Position numbers and translations under genes: made by a program. Shown piece after piece: positions 27,367 through 30,041 of a stretch of DNA of 30,041 bases. Each line of letters begins with the position of its first letter. Position 1 is the stretch's first letter. Location of the stretch: positions 1 through 30,041 of the forward strand of contig PRDH01000006.1 of the NCBI GenBank assembly GCA_003345545.1, read 5' to 3'. The notes beneath the pieces are model-generated. The model had not been told where the DNA came from. It was given only the letters and a program-made list of their open reading frames with translations, and searched no databases. The stretch comes from Candidatus Thorarchaeota archaeon (lineage in GTDB: Archaea > Asgardarchaeota > Thorarchaeia > Thorarchaeales > Thorarchaeaceae).

Positions 27367-27738
27367 ATGGGAGAGTCCCGTGAAAACACACTCGAAGGAG
27401 TTCTTAATGAACTACAGGGAAGTATTCCTGAGATTGATGCTTGTGCTATTGTGAGTGTTGAAGGACTCCCGATAGTTTCGGCTCTTCCAACAGACGTGGA
27501 TGAGGCAAAGGTTGCTGCTATGACCGCAGCGATGTTGACCCTCGGCGAGAAGGCCGCTATGGAGCTTGGAAAGGGCAATCTTGAACAGGTGAATATCAAG
27601 GGCGTAGATGGCTGGCTTCTGGTGATTCAGGCAGGTATGAATGCATGTCTCACAGTATCTACTACTGCCAATGCAAAACTAGGGCTTATATTCCTAGACA
27701 TGAAGCGAGCCGCCGAGAAGATCGCCCAGATGATTTAG
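27367..27738 (+). CDS. Roadblock/LC7 (MglB-like) protein (4 of 4)
   Basis: CAIVSVEGLPIVSALP, VAAMTAAMLTLGE, ELGKGNLEQV, AKLGLIFLDMKRAA. Confidence 0.93.
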   Translation: MGESRENTLEGVLNELQGSIPEIDACAIVSVEGLPIVSALPTDVDEAKVAAMTAAMLTLGEKAAMELGKGNLEQVNIKGVDGWLLVIQAGMNACLTVSTTANAKLGLIFLDMKRAAEKIAQMI

Positions 27739-27812
27739 AACACTTGCTCAAATAACGTCAACTCTATTAGGGGTCATTTTTCAGATACTCTCACTGCAGA
27801 GAGTGTTACAAG

Positions 27813-28580
27813 TTGAATCTGGCCGGCCCTGTCTATAGACTGTACGAATACTTCCTATACAGACAGTTGGACAAGAGGCTCGCACCCAAGCATGTCGGAA
27901 TAATCTTAGATGGAAATCGTAGGTATGCGAAGAAGCACGGAATGGAAGTTCCCTGGTTTGGCCATCAGAAGGGGGCTGCCAAAGTACTGGAGGTGCTTCG
28001 TATTCTCTGGGAGGCCAATGTCAAAGTCTGCACAATCTATGCCTTTTCGATTGAGAACTTCCAACGAAGCAAGGAAGAGGTCAATCAGATAATGTCTTTG
28101 GCGAAGGAGAAGTTCCGTGAAGTTGTCGGGAACCCCGATGTTCATCGTCACAAGGTGCGAATCAGTGCAATCGGCCGGGTGGATCTTCTGCCCAAAGAAG
28201 TCCAGGATGCGATTCATGCTGCAGAAGAGGACACAAAGGACTACAAGGATCACATTCTCAATATAGCCATTGGATACTCGGGGCGGGCCGAGCTTGTGGA
28301 TGCCGTGCGCGCCATTGGTGAGAAGATAGAAGCGGGGCAGATGAGCGCATCTGAAGTCACTGAAGATGTGATTGAGGAGAATCTCTACACGAGCGGCATA
28401 CCCGATCCTGACCTCATCATTAGAACCTCAGGCGAGGAACGCCTCTCTGGGTTCCTTCTCTGGCAGTCTGCTTACTCTGAGCTATACTTTGCTCAGATTT
28501 ACTGGCCTGCAGTGAGAAGGATAGATATTTGGAGGGCCCTCAGGTCCTATGGCATGCGTTCCCGCAGATATGGAAAATGA
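27813..28580 (+). CDS. uppS: Polyprenyl (undecaprenyl-type) diphosphate synthase, cis-prenyltransferase
   Basis: PKHVGIILDGNRRYA, YAFSIENFQR, GYSGR, PDLIIRTSGEERLSGFLLWQSAYSEL, RRYG; TTG start. Confidence 0.96.
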   Translation: MNLAGPVYRLYEYFLYRQLDKRLAPKHVGIILDGNRRYAKKHGMEVPWFGHQKGAAKVLEVLRILWEANVKVCTIYAFSIENFQRSKEEVNQIMSLAKEKFREVVGNPDVHRHKVRISAIGRVDLLPKEVQDAIHAAEEDTKDYKDHILNIAIGYSGRAELVDAVRAIGEKIEAGQMSASEVTEDVIEENLYTSGIPDPDLIIRTSGEERLSGFLLWQSAYSELYFAQIYWPAVRRIDIWRALRSYGMRSRRYGK

Positions 28581-28605
28581 GGTTTCATATCATCATGACA
28601 CAGTC

Positions 28606-28613
28606 TTTTATAA
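28606..28613 (+). promoter_or_regulatory. Putative TATA box
   Basis: TTTTATAA about 40 nt upstream of the TTG start at 28654. Confidence 0.45.
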
Positions 28614-28653
28614 GATAAATCAGCAGGGTTCATAGACAGGAGACAACTCGTCG

Positions 28654-29850
28654 TTGGCAAGAACTCCAGTTGATGTGTACCGCGGTCTTGTGAAGACTCA
28701 GCTCGGGGATGGTATACAATCACAGGTCGATTCAGTCGTTGCCAGATTTACAGATTGTGTCTTTGCAGGCGAGAAACTCTCGGTCCATGTCACAAGGTTC
28801 CTCCGACTGACTACTCGCCTGAATGCATATCTCAATTCGAGAACCACAGCAGGCCAACCAGATGTCACTCTTGCCGTTGATCTGCTTGACTATCTCACTT
28901 CTACATCAAAATGGTGGACGGTCACTCGACAGGACCCTGTGCTCATCCTCAGACCTGCCTCCCGTGACGCCCGAAGTTTCATCAAATCGATTGCAGACCT
29001 CAATGTGGGTGGGAACACGCTCCAGAGGATCTCAGCAGCCACCGAAAAGCTATCTGGGTTTCTTGAAGAACACGAGGTTGGAAATCAGAAGGAGATGGAG
29101 AATCTCTGCAACGACATGCTGTCCACATGGGTCCTTCTCTGTGCCTTTGCATGCAAGAGTCAAGGCAGAAATGTCACGACGGAAGAGGATTTTGAAACAG
29201 CCTATGATACTACCCGCATTCTTCTCTTCTATGTTGACACAAATGACTACAAGGCGCTGACTGCAATACGCAGACTGGGAACTCATCCTGTTCTTCCTCT
29301 TGCCGCAAGAGTGGCATTCTCTCCGGGTTTCGAGAAGAAGCTAAATGCATCAGTTGCTGCCAATCTTGAGAGAGTTCATGGTGACTATCTTGCAGAGCTG
29401 GCAGTTGCCACGTCTGGCGCCTCTCGTTCAATTTTGACTAACTCTCTAAGACTGCTCGGGCAGCTTCAGGGAGTCAGGCAGGAGCTTGAAAGACTAGAAG
29501 AGGAACACTACGAGTCTATCATTATTGGGTCAATGGAGATTATAGAGGGAGTTGGCGTGTCTTCCGATTTTCTTAAGGACGAGTCTTCGGCGCTCACCAT
29601 CTTCAAGGGTCTGCGTCCAGCCAAGGGTGTTGATGAACGAATTCAGCTCATCACGAGAAGGTTAGAGAGCCTGATCGTCGACGCGACAGGAAACAAGGAC
29701 TTCCTACTACAATACGCACGACTGGTACCACGAATAACAGCATTGCTTCTCCTCTTGGCAAGCAAGACCAAGGAGTCCCCCGAAGCACCCCTTGAGGACT
29801 CTGATGTGAAACGAGGGCTGATTCTTCTCTATGCTCTGATCAGCGGCTAG
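28654..29850 (+). CDS. Hypothetical helical protein, apparently four tandem AAA-lid-like repeats
   Basis: 398-aa ORF with no Walker motifs; repeated helix-loop-helix ends such as QGRNVTTEEDFETAY. Confidence 0.75.
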   Translation: MARTPVDVYRGLVKTQLGDGIQSQVDSVVARFTDCVFAGEKLSVHVTRFLRLTTRLNAYLNSRTTAGQPDVTLAVDLLDYLTSTSKWWTVTRQDPVLILRPASRDARSFIKSIADLNVGGNTLQRISAATEKLSGFLEEHEVGNQKEMENLCNDMLSTWVLLCAFACKSQGRNVTTEEDFETAYDTTRILLFYVDTNDYKALTAIRRLGTHPVLPLAARVAFSPGFEKKLNASVAANLERVHGDYLAELAVATSGASRSILTNSLRLLGQLQGVRQELERLEEEHYESIIIGSMEIIEGVGVSSDFLKDESSALTIFKGLRPAKGVDERIQLITRRLESLIVDATGNKDFLLQYARLVPRITALLLLLASKTKESPEAPLEDSDVKRGLILLYALISG

Positions 29851-30041
29851 GCTTTCTTGTTTGGGTTATCAATTAGAATCCGAGCGTCAACCACAAGAGC
29901 ACCCTCTCCAACCTTGTAGACAAAGGTCGGATTGCAGTCCAGCTCAGTGATTTCCTGATTCTCTTCAACCATCTTTGACACGGAGAGCATAATCTTGACC
30001 AATGCGTCCACATCTCTGGGTGCCTCACCTCGTATTCCCTC
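29847..30041 (-). CDS. ADP-forming acetate-CoA ligase family, ATP-grasp/beta C-terminus (partial, runs off the window)
   Basis: Manual translation, not in the ORF track: EGIRGEAPRDVDALVKIMLSVSKMVEENQEITELDCNPTFVYKVGEGALVVDARILIDNPNKKA*, with the ELDxNP and VDARI motifs. Confidence 0.88.
   Translation of the reverse strand, partial: EGIRGEAPRDVDALVKIMLSVSKMVEENQEITELDCNPTFVYKVGEGALVVDARILIDNPNKKA

Noticed and set aside
1-30041. CRISPR arrays, transposases, integrases, inteins
   Set aside because: No regularly spaced repeats or recombinase/transposase motifs were seen, and the assigned proteins have normal lengths with no intein-sized insertions.

Overview
Gene-dense archaeal chromosome segment of roughly balanced GC. 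The gene content strongly suggests an Asgard archaeon, most likely Thorarchaeota (inference from four roadblock genes, an MglA-like GTPase, a Sec23/24-like Zn-finger/vWA protein, an EMC6-like protein and a PCI-like protein). Housekeeping content: two tRNAs with non-canonically placed bulge-helix-bulge introns (Ile-CAU at 30/31, Glu-UUC at 59/60), a thioredoxin-like protein, nadC, AMMECR1-family protein, pyrC, two CBS proteins, Rqc2/NFACT, an A24 peptidase, two-subunit fumarate hydratase, thiol:fumarate reductase tfrAB, hypA, rps8e, hypE, smc-scpA-scpB, uppS and a partial ADP-forming acetate-CoA ligase. The strongest candidate for an undescribed system is 23375-27738: a Sec23/24-like protein, four distinct roadblock proteins (one dynein-light-chain-like, one with an MglB-type acidic C-terminal helix) and an MglA-like GTPase with an intrinsic Arg finger, beside the SMC-ScpAB operon. 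Other oddities: a protein that seems built of four ATPase-less AAA-lid-like repeats, a PCI-like/Zn-ribbon protein, a four-His-motif helical protein, and a ~140-nt multi-stem element downstream of tfrB. No mobile element or CRISPR array was seen. All calls are motif recognition by eye; no database searches were run.
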